Positions 52,240 to 61,712 of a stretch of 64,000 nucleotides of DNA are shown here, one piece after another (positions within the stretch are counted from its first letter, which is position 1; every line of letters starts with the position of its first letter). The position numbers and the translations under genes were made by a program. Source of the stretch: Methanobacteriota archaeon. GTDB lineage: Archaea; Thermoplasmatota; Poseidoniia; Poseidoniales; Thalassarchaeaceae. The stretch covers positions 210,881-274,880 of the forward strand of contig PSPW01000001.1 of the NCBI GenBank assembly GCA_004195615.1, read 5' to 3'. The notes beneath the pieces were generated by a model that made no database searches, was not told the origin of the DNA, and worked only from the letters and a program-made list of their open reading frames with translations.

Positions 52240-53469
52240 TCAGGATATGGCTCGTCGATAAACTGCCAGGAAGTCCTCAGCGTTGCCATCGAGAGTGAAC
52301 CGATCGAGGACTCTTCTCCTTCCCTCGGCGCCCTTCTTGAGCAGAGATTGCTTAGAAGATACCTCAGAAATAATGGCTTTGGCGAGAGAATCTACTGAGC
52401 CGATTTCGAACAGTGCCCCGACACTGTCGTCTACCATTTCAGGCAGAGGGCCGTGGTCAACCGTCACGACTGGCGTGCCAGAGCTCATGGCCTCCAGGGG
52501 AATTAGGCCCTGGCCCTCGTAGTATGAAGGGTAAATCACCAGATCAGAGGCCCTGTACATCTCGGAGATTTGCTCGAAACCCATTCCAGACTCGATGGTA
52601 ACCCTGTGACTAATCCCCAACTTAGCAGCCAGACGGTATAGCTTCCTTCTAAGAGAACCACGCCCAATAATCACCATGTGTGAATCGGTTGATTTGGCAG
52701 CCCTGGCGAATGCTTTCAGAAGCAATCCATGCCCCTTTCGAGCAGCAAGTCTACCTACAGCAAGTAGGAGGAGAGTATCGGGTCCAAGACCGTACTTCCT
52801 CCTGATCTCGTTCTTCTTGTGAGTGTCTTCCTCGCTATCCAGATGCATTGGAACGAACATGCTCGTATCTACCCCCCAATGAATGACCTCGCAATCCCAA
52901 TCCGAGGGTGCGTCGTACCTAGATTCAAGGTCCAACTTTGTTGCCCTGGAGTTTGGAACTACCACTGCAGAATGTCGGATTGCTGATTTCTCAAAACGGG
53001 CATACCTACTTGCCATGAAGCGAATTGCTATGTCGTTTGGGTTCGACCACACCGCTGGTTCCCCGAAACTCGCTGCTAGAGTCAGTCCGTCCCTCTCCCC
53101 TAGCCAAGTTCCGTGCATTGATGATACCACGGGCGCTACTTCTCTCCGACATCTGTCGAGTTGTTTGGATGACCAAGATACCATGGGGCAATGGAGATGA
53201 ACGACATCAACTGGTTCATCTGCATGAAGGAGGACCAATTCTTTCAGAGCTGTCTTGCCGTAAGAGCGCGTGAATTCAAGGGGTATCTTAACCCATGGAA
53301 CTTCAATGATGCTGACTCCTTCAAGAATAGGGGAGTTTTCTCTAGATTTCCTAGTAATGACTGAAATCCTGTGTCCCATAGCCGCCAGTTTGGATGATAG
53401 GTGGTATACGGTAGACCCCATCCCCCCCCATCTAGGTGGGTACTCTCCCGATATCATCGCTATGTGCAT
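52240..53469 (-). CDS. Glycosyltransferase family 4
   Basis: MHIAMISGEYPP..GG, VGRLAARKG, PSYYEGQGLIPLEAMSSG; start corrected from the track. Confidence 0.93.
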   Translation of the reverse strand: MHIAMISGEYPPRWGGMGSTVYHLSSKLAAMGHRISVITRKSRENSPILEGVSIIEVPWVKIPLEFTRSYGKTALKELVLLHADEPVDVVHLHCPMVSWSSKQLDRCRREVAPVVSSMHGTWLGERDGLTLAASFGEPAVWSNPNDIAIRFMASRYARFEKSAIRHSAVVVPNSRATKLDLESRYDAPSDWDCEVIHWGVDTSMFVPMHLDSEEDTHKKNEIRRKYGLGPDTLLLLAVGRLAARKGHGLLLKAFARAAKSTDSHMVIIGRGSLRRKLYRLAAKLGISHRVTIESGMGFEQISEMYRASDLVIYPSYYEGQGLIPLEAMSSGTPVVTVDHGPLPEMVDDSVGALFEIGSVDSLAKAIISEVSSKQSLLKKGAEGRRRVLDRFTLDGNAEDFLAVYRRAIS

Positions 53470-53572
53470 GGTTCCACCGGTAAACCGGTCTAGGGAGGCG
53501 TTATTGAAGAGAACGGGAGTGGAAATGCCTCTACAATGGTTCAAAAATAGGACCCATGATGGGTAATTCCCC

Positions 53573-54307
53573 ATGGAAGACCCCCTGCCAGTCCACGTGA
53601 CCGTGGTAATCCCTACGAGAAACGAGGAGAAGGCCATTGTGGATACCATTCGATCAGTCCCAAGCGACGGCTGGTGCAAGGAGCTGGACTTCCTAATAAT
53701 CGACGGAAATTCCGAGGACCGTACTCGCGAGCTCGCTGAGGAAGAAGGGGCCGAGGTGTATCTCGAGGCGAGGAAAGGGTATGGGAGAGCCTACAGGACG
53801 GGTTTCGCCATTGCCCCTGGGGAAATAATCGTCACAATGGATGCTGATTGCACTTATCCCGGAGAGGAGGTGCCGAGACTAGTTAGGAAACTAATCGAAG
53901 AGGACCTCAAGTTCATCACATGCGATCGTCTGAAGAGGGCTGAGGATGGAGCGATGTCCGGCCTCCATGGATTCGGTAATTGGGCTCTCTCATTCACTGC
54001 GAAGATGCTGTTCTTCTATGGCATTCACGACTCTCAGTCAGGGATGTGGGTCTTCCACAAGGAGATTATGGAAAACCCGAGGATGCGTCCCACTAACGAT
54101 GGGATGCCCCTCTCCGAGGAGATGAAGATCAATGCTAGGAAGTGCTTCAGTCGTGATGAAACAGTGGAGGTTTCCGTCCCATATAGGTCCAGAGTGGGGA
54201 CCGCTGAAATCCACACTTGGGGGGACGGGTGGAAGAACTTCAAGTTCCTATTCTCTAAGAGGGTCGGTCTGAACAGGGAAAGAACCCCTTGGGGACCTGA
54301 GAACTAG
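53573..54307 (+). CDS. Glycosyltransferase family 2 (dolichol-phosphate glycosyltransferase-like)
   Basis: VIPTRNEE, IDGNSED, GYGRAY, MDADCTY, DSQSG. Confidence 0.92.
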   Translation: MEDPLPVHVTVVIPTRNEEKAIVDTIRSVPSDGWCKELDFLIIDGNSEDRTRELAEEEGAEVYLEARKGYGRAYRTGFAIAPGEIIVTMDADCTYPGEEVPRLVRKLIEEDLKFITCDRLKRAEDGAMSGLHGFGNWALSFTAKMLFFYGIHDSQSGMWVFHKEIMENPRMRPTNDGMPLSEEMKINARKCFSRDETVEVSVPYRSRVGTAEIHTWGDGWKNFKFLFSKRVGLNRERTPWGPEN

Positions 54308-57300
54308 TCTTCGGAGTCGAACTCCTCGTCCATCTCCCTAGGGTCGAACGATGACCATGACTCGATGACCTGCATATCCTTGGCTATCTCTGCCATCTTC
54401 ATCCGTCTGTAGGCAATTCCCGCCATCGAAAGAGATACTATGGTGATTACGAGCAAGGGAATCCCCAGAGATGAGACCCAAGCCTCCAGGCCATCATTGC
54501 CCGGTTCAACGATAGGAACTGTGTGAACTGCACCAGGAGATACTAGATCAGCATCGATGGCCCAGACTTCGACCCTCGCCCAAGAACCCCCGGAGACCAC
54601 CCAAGAAAACCTCGACGTCCATATGCCATCGCCCTCCACTGAGTCCCCGTTTGTTCCATCGTCGTAGAAGTACATTGCAACAGATACTCCGCCAGCTATT
54701 AGTTCTCCGCGAACGATCTCGGTAGTCCCATCTGCATCCTGAACTCGGACTGTGGTAGTTACCTCTGTGGGAACACCGTCCTCAACCCTATTCACGGATA
54801 CCATCAGGTCGAAAACTTCCGGAGCACTGAAGCCAACTGTTAGATTGACTGATGCGACAGAAATTTCACCTCTGGAGTCCTTGACCAGCAAATCCACCCT
54901 GACTGGTCCGGGCTGGAATGAAATGTTGAGGGATGTGCTATCGCTGACAAGTTGCCCGTCGACTCGCCATTCGTAAAGCACGATGTCATCATCGTAGTCA
55001 AAGGAATCTGCAGCGCTTAGAATGACTTCTTGACCGGGAGGCAAGTATTGGCCATCATCCATTCCAGAGATCACTGCTACTGGGCCTGTCTCTAGGACGG
55101 TGATGCTCTGAGAGTGAGTACGCTCCATTCCTTTCTCGTCAGTTAGTAGGAAAGTCAGGTTATGAATCCCATGAGATAGGTAGTCATTGTACCAGTAGGC
55201 AGCGGTCTTGGAATCTAGTATCATTCCATCCAGGTCAGAAGTGACCGTGACGGAGAAATCGTCGCCATCCATGTCGACGGACTCTCTGAAGTCGAAGAGG
55301 ACAGGGAGATTTGAGTAGACTTGCGCATTCGGAACTGGAGAGTCTAGAATCAACAATGGTGCAGACTCGGACACAAATATCTCAATCTGGTCCGATTCGG
55401 GACCACTCCCATCATCGAGGGTGAGGGTGATGGTGTGCTCTCCAGCAGGGAGTCTCGTCAACACATCCCAACTGCTTCCAAGAGGATTTTCCATCTGGTC
55501 TGACTCCCATAGTACTGAGACCAGGTCGCTACTAGTTCCTGGCCCTGGATTGCACAATAGCCCACTACCGTTGTCTGGAAGTTCTGAGCAAGAAAGGTCC
55601 CAGTCTCCAGAGCCGGTAGAGTCGAGGACAATCAACTCCGACGAATCTGTATAAGTCCCAGTAATGGGGTTAGAAATTATGACATTTGGAACTGAGTTGG
55701 TCACTTCCAGAATCTCGGAGTGAGTTTTCCACTCATTAGCGTGCTCCTCCCTGATATCACTGACTTTCATAGTGACAGTGTGGATTCCCTTGCTGAGGGT
55801 GCCTGTCCACTCGAGTAGTTCTGGGGATGACCCTGCTCCTAGGAGTCCATCGATGTCACTGTGAAACTCGAATCTGATGTCATCCCCTTCAGGGTCGAAG
55901 GTCTCGTAACCGGTCAACGCCACCCAATCTACTGAGGTCTGGCCGTTTCTGGAAATCTCCATCACCGGTTCTGGAATCTCGTTGTATAGCTTTACTCTGA
56001 ATGTCCATGAAATTATGTTGTTGACTCCGTCCCATGCCTTCACTGCCACAGTGAAGGTGTCTTCAGGAGCCCCTATGAAAGACCTGATAATCTCCGTCGG
56101 ACAATTTGGGTTTTCGGGGTCGGGGTCGGGGTCTGACTCGTACGATGCGGTTACCCAGCACCACAGATCCCCTTCCTCAGGATCGTAGGTCCCATCCAGA
56201 TCGATGGTCACGTTCGCTGTTTGCCCCAAGGAGAGAGTGCCATTTGATGAGATTGAGGGTGATGTATCCACAGTAAGTACCGGAGGGAGATTTACCAATT
56301 CCAAACCACGGGTCTCGTTTACGCAGTGGCCTTCGGAGTCACATACCTCCAGGGTGATGATGTGGCTCCCATCTGAGAGGCATGGCTCCGATTCGTTTAG
56401 GTTCGCAATGAAGAATGAGTTGTTGCTTGATTGAAGATAGCATGCGGATCCTATGTCCCCATCGATGCTGCTTGTCCAGCTGTAAGTGAGGGAGTCGAAG
56501 TCCAGATCCCAGCTCTCCCTTGAATCGAAAGTAATCTCGCTCTCGCTAGAGAACTCCATCTCGTCCAATGGCGACTCCCAAAGGATGAATGGAGGCTGAT
56601 TGCTGAGTTCGAGTCTGCAGTAGACCCTCTTATCACCATCTATCTGCATTGGCTCGGAGTCATTGTGAACCCCGTCGTAATCGCATCCCACGTAGGCTGT
56701 ATTGGTAGAGGACCATCCCTGAAGAGGGGTCCATCTCTCACCCACGAATGGTCCGTATTCGAACATTCCCTGATAGGGCTGAGTCGCAAAGACCTCGCTC
56801 TCGAATTCCTGGAAGGAGATGTTTACCGCGGCCAATGGTATGTTGAGGAGGTTCTGATTGGTTGTGTGGACATCGACCATCCACATGACATCCACAATGA
56901 CATCATCCTCGGAGTTCTCTGGAGTGAGGATGTTTCCAGAAGAAATCCAACGCAGGTGAGAGCTGGAGTTCAATGAGAATGTGCTCGGTGAGCCCGAGCG
57001 TTTAGTCAGGGATGAGTCCGTGAAATTAGCTGAACTATGGTCGATTTGAGGAAGTGCGTCGCAGATAAGTGAGACGCCGTCGGCGATAAACTCGGTGTGT
57101 GAGTATAGGTCCAGACAGTTTGACGAGCTGTCCCAGATCACACTGTTAGAAATTCTAGATGGGAGAGATCCCTTTGCCTCCCAGTACATCCCCCCACCAT
57201 CCCCACTGAGGTCAAGGCCGTTAATCTCGGCATCTACGCCCTTGAGTCTGATCGAGTAGTTAGAGGAGGGAGAGTGGATTGCGATATCGTCGAGGATGAC

Positions 57301-58914
57301 AATTCCTGGGAACAGGTTCCCGCTGTTGTCGATGTCCAGAGCCGGCCCGGATAGTGATCCTTCGACGGTAGTGGAGATCAATTGCAAATCGATGCTGTCT
57401 CTGACAACTATCCCCCTCTGATCACCATCTGATGAGCAGGAGTGACATGAGACGTTCTTCCCTCCGCTCATCACGTAATTCGACTCCTGGAAGTAGAGTC
57501 CGGCTGCATCGGAGGAGCCGATCCCGTTTCCAGAAGTGTGAACATTGGAGAGTTCCACGTTGCTGGAATCGGTAACGAAAACTCCGTTCCCGGTGTTTTC
57601 CTCGCTGACCACGTTTTCCACCTTGGGATGGAATTCCACGAAGGAAATGCCATTTGCGGCATTGCCCCGAATTGTCCAGTTGCTACCGATAACTCCGCCC
57701 TTGGCCATCACAACTCCTGACCCAGAGGAGTTCTCCACGACTAAGTCGGAGATCTCTGCTGGCCCCTTGCTGGTCCAACTGGTGCTACGGAAGAGGATGC
57801 CAGCACCTTCGTGAGGATTGGAGGGCGACTCGGGGCCGTTGTTACGAATAGTGATGTTTGTCAGGGATGTGGAGGAATCTGTCGTGTAAGCCCTGAATCC
57901 CACAATGGCGTTGTCCTCGATTACGGCATCAGTAACTTTAGCTCCGGATGTGTTGACATCGAAGGCTGCACCGATACCGAGTCCGGGAGTCTTTGCATTG
58001 GGGCCTCCAGTTCCTCGTATCTCGAGTCCGATGAATACTACGTTGGTTTGCAGGTTGGAGTAGTTCGTGTGGTCGAGGCGCTCCACGAGAACCCCTCTGT
58101 ACTGGCAGTCCTCGACTTTCGTGTTGAGGAAAGTGGGTCTGGTTGTCGTTTCTGAGATGTGCCTGACGATGATCCCGTTGTCAGAGTTGGAGACGTTTGA
58201 GTCAGTGAAGAGCGGAATTGAGTCCTCGACCCAGATTCCAGCTGCTGCAGCCAACGTCGCCCCTGTCACGTTGGTGATGGAGATGTCACTCCAGAGTCCA
58301 CCTGAGTTGTACCAGAGGTTAACTCCGCGAGTCATCAGATTTCCTATCGTGGCACCCTGGATAATCGGTGCAGAGTAGTTGCCCGCGGAAATCCCGATCC
58401 CGTATCTCCACGTAGTGGATGACCCGTGCACGTCCTGTCCGCCCCCATCGATTACAATGTCCCTGAGCGTTGGTGATGCGCTGTCGAAGAGATCGATCGC
58501 GACCTTGTCTGCATTGTTGACTCGGAGGTTGCTGATTACCGGGTTGCTTCCGTAAATCGTGATTCCGTACTCGCCATCTGAGATCGTGAGGTTGTCCAGA
58601 GTCGAGCCCTTGTTATTCGAGGTGGAGTTGAAGATTATCCCCTGATGGTCCCCCGAGATGGAATCGATGGAAACCGGTGAGGACTCCGTGCCCTCCATCG
58701 TAATCCTGCCATCCACACCCAGCCTCTCTCCATCACCCAGAAGGATGGTGGTTCCTGCTTGGATCACAAGGACCTGGTTGGACTGCACCAGATAGCCGTC
58801 TTCTAGAGAAACCGTTCCACTCCAGACTGTTGTCGTCCGAGATGAGCCGGTCGATACGGCGGAGAGCATGGGTGCCATGAGGAGCATTAGCACCAGAGTG
58901 ATTCCCAAGCGCAT
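54304..58914 (-). CDS. Large surface protein: right-handed beta-helix, PKD/Ig repeats, choice-of-anchor-X-like domain, C-terminal TM
   Basis: Signal peptide; repeated N..G(I/V) beta-helix turns; repeated S.D.D.D.L.Y.W.S..DG..G.H.I.L.V.D units; YDDGTNGDSVEGDGIWT. Confidence 0.85.
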   Translation of the reverse strand: MRLGITLVLMLLMAPMLSAVSTGSSRTTTVWSGTVSLEDGYLVQSNQVLVIQAGTTILLGDGERLGVDGRITMEGTESSPVSIDSISGDHQGIIFNSTSNNKGSTLDNLTISDGEYGITIYGSNPVISNLRVNNADKVAIDLFDSASPTLRDIVIDGGGQDVHGSSTTWRYGIGISAGNYSAPIIQGATIGNLMTRGVNLWYNSGGLWSDISITNVTGATLAAAAGIWVEDSIPLFTDSNVSNSDNGIIVRHISETTTRPTFLNTKVEDCQYRGVLVERLDHTNYSNLQTNVVFIGLEIRGTGGPNAKTPGLGIGAAFDVNTSGAKVTDAVIEDNAIVGFRAYTTDSSTSLTNITIRNNGPESPSNPHEGAGILFRSTSWTSKGPAEISDLVVENSSGSGVVMAKGGVIGSNWTIRGNAANGISFVEFHPKVENVVSEENTGNGVFVTDSSNVELSNVHTSGNGIGSSDAAGLYFQESNYVMSGGKNVSCHSCSSDGDQRGIVVRDSIDLQLISTTVEGSLSGPALDIDNSGNLFPGIVILDDIAIHSPSSNYSIRLKGVDAEINGLDLSGDGGGMYWEAKGSLPSRISNSVIWDSSSNCLDLYSHTEFIADGVSLICDALPQIDHSSANFTDSSLTKRSGSPSTFSLNSSSHLRWISSGNILTPENSEDDVIVDVMWMVDVHTTNQNLLNIPLAAVNISFQEFESEVFATQPYQGMFEYGPFVGERWTPLQGWSSTNTAYVGCDYDGVHNDSEPMQIDGDKRVYCRLELSNQPPFILWESPLDEMEFSSESEITFDSRESWDLDFDSLTYSWTSSIDGDIGSACYLQSSNNSFFIANLNESEPCLSDGSHIITLEVCDSEGHCVNETRGLELVNLPPVLTVDTSPSISSNGTLSLGQTANVTIDLDGTYDPEEGDLWCWVTASYESDPDPDPENPNCPTEIIRSFIGAPEDTFTVAVKAWDGVNNIISWTFRVKLYNEIPEPVMEISRNGQTSVDWVALTGYETFDPEGDDIRFEFHSDIDGLLGAGSSPELLEWTGTLSKGIHTVTMKVSDIREEHANEWKTHSEILEVTNSVPNVIISNPITGTYTDSSELIVLDSTGSGDWDLSCSELPDNGSGLLCNPGPGTSSDLVSVLWESDQMENPLGSSWDVLTRLPAGEHTITLTLDDGSGPESDQIEIFVSESAPLLILDSPVPNAQVYSNLPVLFDFRESVDMDGDDFSVTVTSDLDGMILDSKTAAYWYNDYLSHGIHNLTFLLTDEKGMERTHSQSITVLETGPVAVISGMDDGQYLPPGQEVILSAADSFDYDDDIVLYEWRVDGQLVSDSTSLNISFQPGPVRVDLLVKDSRGEISVASVNLTVGFSAPEVFDLMVSVNRVEDGVPTEVTTTVRVQDADGTTEIVRGELIAGGVSVAMYFYDDGTNGDSVEGDGIWTSRFSWVVSGGSWARVEVWAIDADLVSPGAVHTVPIVEPGNDGLEAWVSSLGIPLLVITIVSLSMAGIAYRRMKMAEIAKDMQVIESWSSFDPREMDEEFDSED

Positions 58915-59017
58915 GAGCCCTGCCGTTGGCAATCAGCGTTAATCACTTGCGTGATTTGACCCATTCTGAATATGCCACAGTAGGAGTCATAAACATCCAG
59001 TTGGGCCCACCGCACTA

Positions 59018-59254
59018 ATGACGTCACTGGCGTGGATTTTGATTTCATGCGAGCCCGGACGGGAGAGGGATGTGTACCTCCAGCTTCTGGACATACCAGT
59101 GGTGTCGGAGGTCTCGATTGTATACGGGGAGCTCGACATGGTTGCGAGGATTGACTTTGAGAGCGAGAAGCAGATGTCCAAGATTCTAATCGAGGATATG
59201 AGGAACGTGAAAGGGATTAGAAAGACTGAGACCCTGATCGCTGTGGAGGTGTGA
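59018..59254 (+). CDS. Stand-alone Lrp/AsnC ligand-binding (RAM) domain
   Basis: AWILI..EPG, VYGELDMVA, GIRKTETLI; no HTH. Confidence 0.88.
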   Translation: MTSLAWILISCEPGRERDVYLQLLDIPVVSEVSIVYGELDMVARIDFESEKQMSKILIEDMRNVKGIRKTETLIAVEV

Positions 59255-59257
59255 GAT

Positions 59258-59491
59258 TTGGCTGTGGGATTCGTTCTGATCACTACCGAGCCCGGAGAGG
59301 AGATCCGCGTAAGGGAGAAGGTCGCAGAGATAGATTGCGTCAAGGGCATCTGGGTCGTCTTTGGTAGCTTCGACTGCTTCGTTAAGGTGGAGGCGGATGA
59401 AGAATCGAAGCTAACTGAAGCGATAGTTCAGGGTATAAGGTCAGTTCCAGGAATCGTCGACACTAGGACCCTGATTGGCGCCGAGATCTAG
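59258..59491 (+). CDS. Stand-alone Lrp/AsnC ligand-binding (RAM) domain
   Basis: GFVLI..EPG, VFGSFDCFVK, GIVDTRTLI; TTG start preceded by GGAGGTG. Confidence 0.88.
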   Translation: MAVGFVLITTEPGEEIRVREKVAEIDCVKGIWVVFGSFDCFVKVEADEESKLTEAIVQGIRSVPGIVDTRTLIGAEI

Positions 59492-61656
59492 AGCTCCCTG
59501 CTAAGTCTGCGAGTCAACTCTCTTGATGCTTTACCGCAACCCGTGGAACGAAGACGGACGATGGACTCCTTCCAGCTAGAGAGTCTCTCGTCCCTAATAA
59601 TCACCCCTCTCCAGTACCACCAGTGCGCCTTGGCACGACGATGAGGGGCTAGTGAATCCCTCAGGGATCCGGGGTCGAAGTCGGAATGGGCCTCTACGAG
59701 CCACTTCGGGGGTTCGGAGCAAGCCTCGAGTGCCATGTGCATGGAACGCAGTTTGTCGAAGGGATCTGTCGACGACCCGATGTGCGATCTTGCTGCCTCT
59801 AGTGCCTCGTCGAGGAACTCCTCCGCTTCGGTACCAGCAGATAGCCTGGACCTGAGATCTAGGGCTGGTAACCTAGGATCCTCTGGACCTATCCGGTTCT
59901 CTATGGAATCGCGAGTTCGTGAGGCTTCCTCCAGGTTACCGGATTCCAGGGCGAGCGAGTGCCTCAGCAAATCCAGGACCAGAGAGGCAAGCTCCCTATC
60001 CTCTGATTCCAGATCGGATAGGTTCACCGAATCAGCCCCGGACAGCAGGGTCTGAGCGATGACCTCACTATCGGAACCTGGGAGCCTGTCGTCGTACTTC
60101 CGGACCAATGAGGAGATCTCGGCTCTGACCCTGTCTCCGGGGTCTAATCTAGAAATCGCAGAAGCCTCGAGCTCGTCAGCTCGATCCAATTCACCCTCGA
60201 CCCTAGCTAGTCTAGCTAACCTCAGGTCCTTTCTGGGGCCCTCGTCCATCGATTCGATGTACTCTGAAGCTACCGTCGACTCCCCTCTCTCTAATGCGAT
60301 GTCCGCGGCCAACTCGAAGAGCCCCTCCTCAGGGTTTGCCGAGATAGCCTGCTGGAGTACAACTGCGGCAGCTGCCGAGTCTTCGCTAACGATCTCATTG
60401 ATGCTCTCCGTGATCCATGTCGATTCGACCTCGGTGCCGGACTCCAACCTGTGATGTATCTCCATCCTCCTTGCCCTGGGGCCGGTCCTCTTCGACCACA
60501 TCTCAGCAAGCTTCGAGTGCATTTCTCCTGCGCCCTCATCTATGAGGGTGGCCCTCCTAACGTTTCGAACCAGATGATGGGGTTCGATGAGTGACCCCGA
60601 CCAACGAAGTATGGCTGACTCGTCTAACTCCTCGGTTCCGTCTGGTTCGAGCATCTCGTCCACCTCCAAGGGGAGTGGAGATAGGGAAAGCTCGTCCAAT
60701 GACGATGCTCCGGACTGGCTCAGTCTTCGAAGGACCTGGGACTCGACGTACTCCTGAACGGCACCCGAACCTGGTAGCTTGTCGTCGGGCGACCATAGCT
60801 TGATTCCAAGTGGATGGCCATCCATCGCCTTGCACACTTCGATAGCCTCGGTGTCGGACATCTCCTCTGGCAGGAGCTCCCTGGCTAGGGTGATTTCCAG
60901 ACCCTCCAACCTAATTGAGTCGAAACCAGAGATTTCCGGAAATGGGTTGGGTGCCCTAGTGACAACCAGAATCATGGCTGAGGTGCCAGAACATGCTTCG
61001 AGCAACTCTCGTATCCCCCTCACCAGCCTATCACTAGATTGTTGTGCCTCGTCGAGCACGAGAAGGGTCTTCTTCGAGTCGACTCTAGCGACTATTGCAT
61101 CATTCGAGGACGGTGCGCGGACACCTAGCCACATTCTTGCTATCGATGATGAGTCAGAGTCGGTCTGGCAGGTAGCCCACCTGACTAGCCATCCGTCATC
61201 GAGCAGGGACTGGGAGACTGCAGTAGCAACACTGGTCTTCCCTATCCCCGGTAGCCCCTCAAGGAGATAGTTCGACCCCTTTGAGAGGCCAGAGGAGATG
61301 CTGCTGACGACCTCGTCCCTGCCATGCAGTGTGATCGAGTCTGGCACTGGACCCACTGACCTCCCTCTGGACTTCCTAGTCGGGCTCGAGCCGCTCCTCG
61401 CCTCCTCCCTACCCCTATCGGTCAGGTGGTACACCTTCCTGCGCCGGGGTGCTCCGATTACGTGAGCGGATCTGGAGGAAACTAGTCCCTCTGATTTCAG
61501 AAATTTCAGCGGGGGGTGGAGGGCCGATCGAACGACCCCCAAGTGCTCGGCTAGGCCAGCGAGCGAGATCGCCCTAGGCACATCCCATGACTCCTCGAGA
61601 TCCCTCCCGAAGTCGGATAGGTAGACCAGAATGGCGAGTTGGCGCTGGTTAAGCAC
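59488..61656 (-). CDS. Winged-helix + STAND (NB-ARC-like) ATPase + helical repeat regulator
   Basis: N-terminal HTH/wing (LAEHLGVVRS...RRKVYHLT), GLPGIGKT, LLVLDE, GHPLG, HHLVR, helical C-terminus. Confidence 0.8.
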   Translation of the reverse strand: MLNQRQLAILVYLSDFGRDLEESWDVPRAISLAGLAEHLGVVRSALHPPLKFLKSEGLVSSRSAHVIGAPRRRKVYHLTDRGREEARSGSSPTRKSRGRSVGPVPDSITLHGRDEVVSSISSGLSKGSNYLLEGLPGIGKTSVATAVSQSLLDDGWLVRWATCQTDSDSSSIARMWLGVRAPSSNDAIVARVDSKKTLLVLDEAQQSSDRLVRGIRELLEACSGTSAMILVVTRAPNPFPEISGFDSIRLEGLEITLARELLPEEMSDTEAIEVCKAMDGHPLGIKLWSPDDKLPGSGAVQEYVESQVLRRLSQSGASSLDELSLSPLPLEVDEMLEPDGTEELDESAILRWSGSLIEPHHLVRNVRRATLIDEGAGEMHSKLAEMWSKRTGPRARRMEIHHRLESGTEVESTWITESINEIVSEDSAAAAVVLQQAISANPEEGLFELAADIALERGESTVASEYIESMDEGPRKDLRLARLARVEGELDRADELEASAISRLDPGDRVRAEISSLVRKYDDRLPGSDSEVIAQTLLSGADSVNLSDLESEDRELASLVLDLLRHSLALESGNLEEASRTRDSIENRIGPEDPRLPALDLRSRLSAGTEAEEFLDEALEAARSHIGSSTDPFDKLRSMHMALEACSEPPKWLVEAHSDFDPGSLRDSLAPHRRAKAHWWYWRGVIIRDERLSSWKESIVRLRSTGCGKASRELTRRLSREL

Positions 61657-61712
61657 GGTGCTCCGTCTTGCAAAGTGTAAATCAAACCCGGCGGCCGTCG
61701 CTTCACTTGGCC

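Noticed and set aside
53470..53679. N-terminal extension of GT4 overlapping the divergent GT2; similar extensions on sucC, the nucleotidyltransferase, dnaK, thrS and uvrC
   Set aside because: Longest-ORF artefacts; family homology starts at downstream ATGs.
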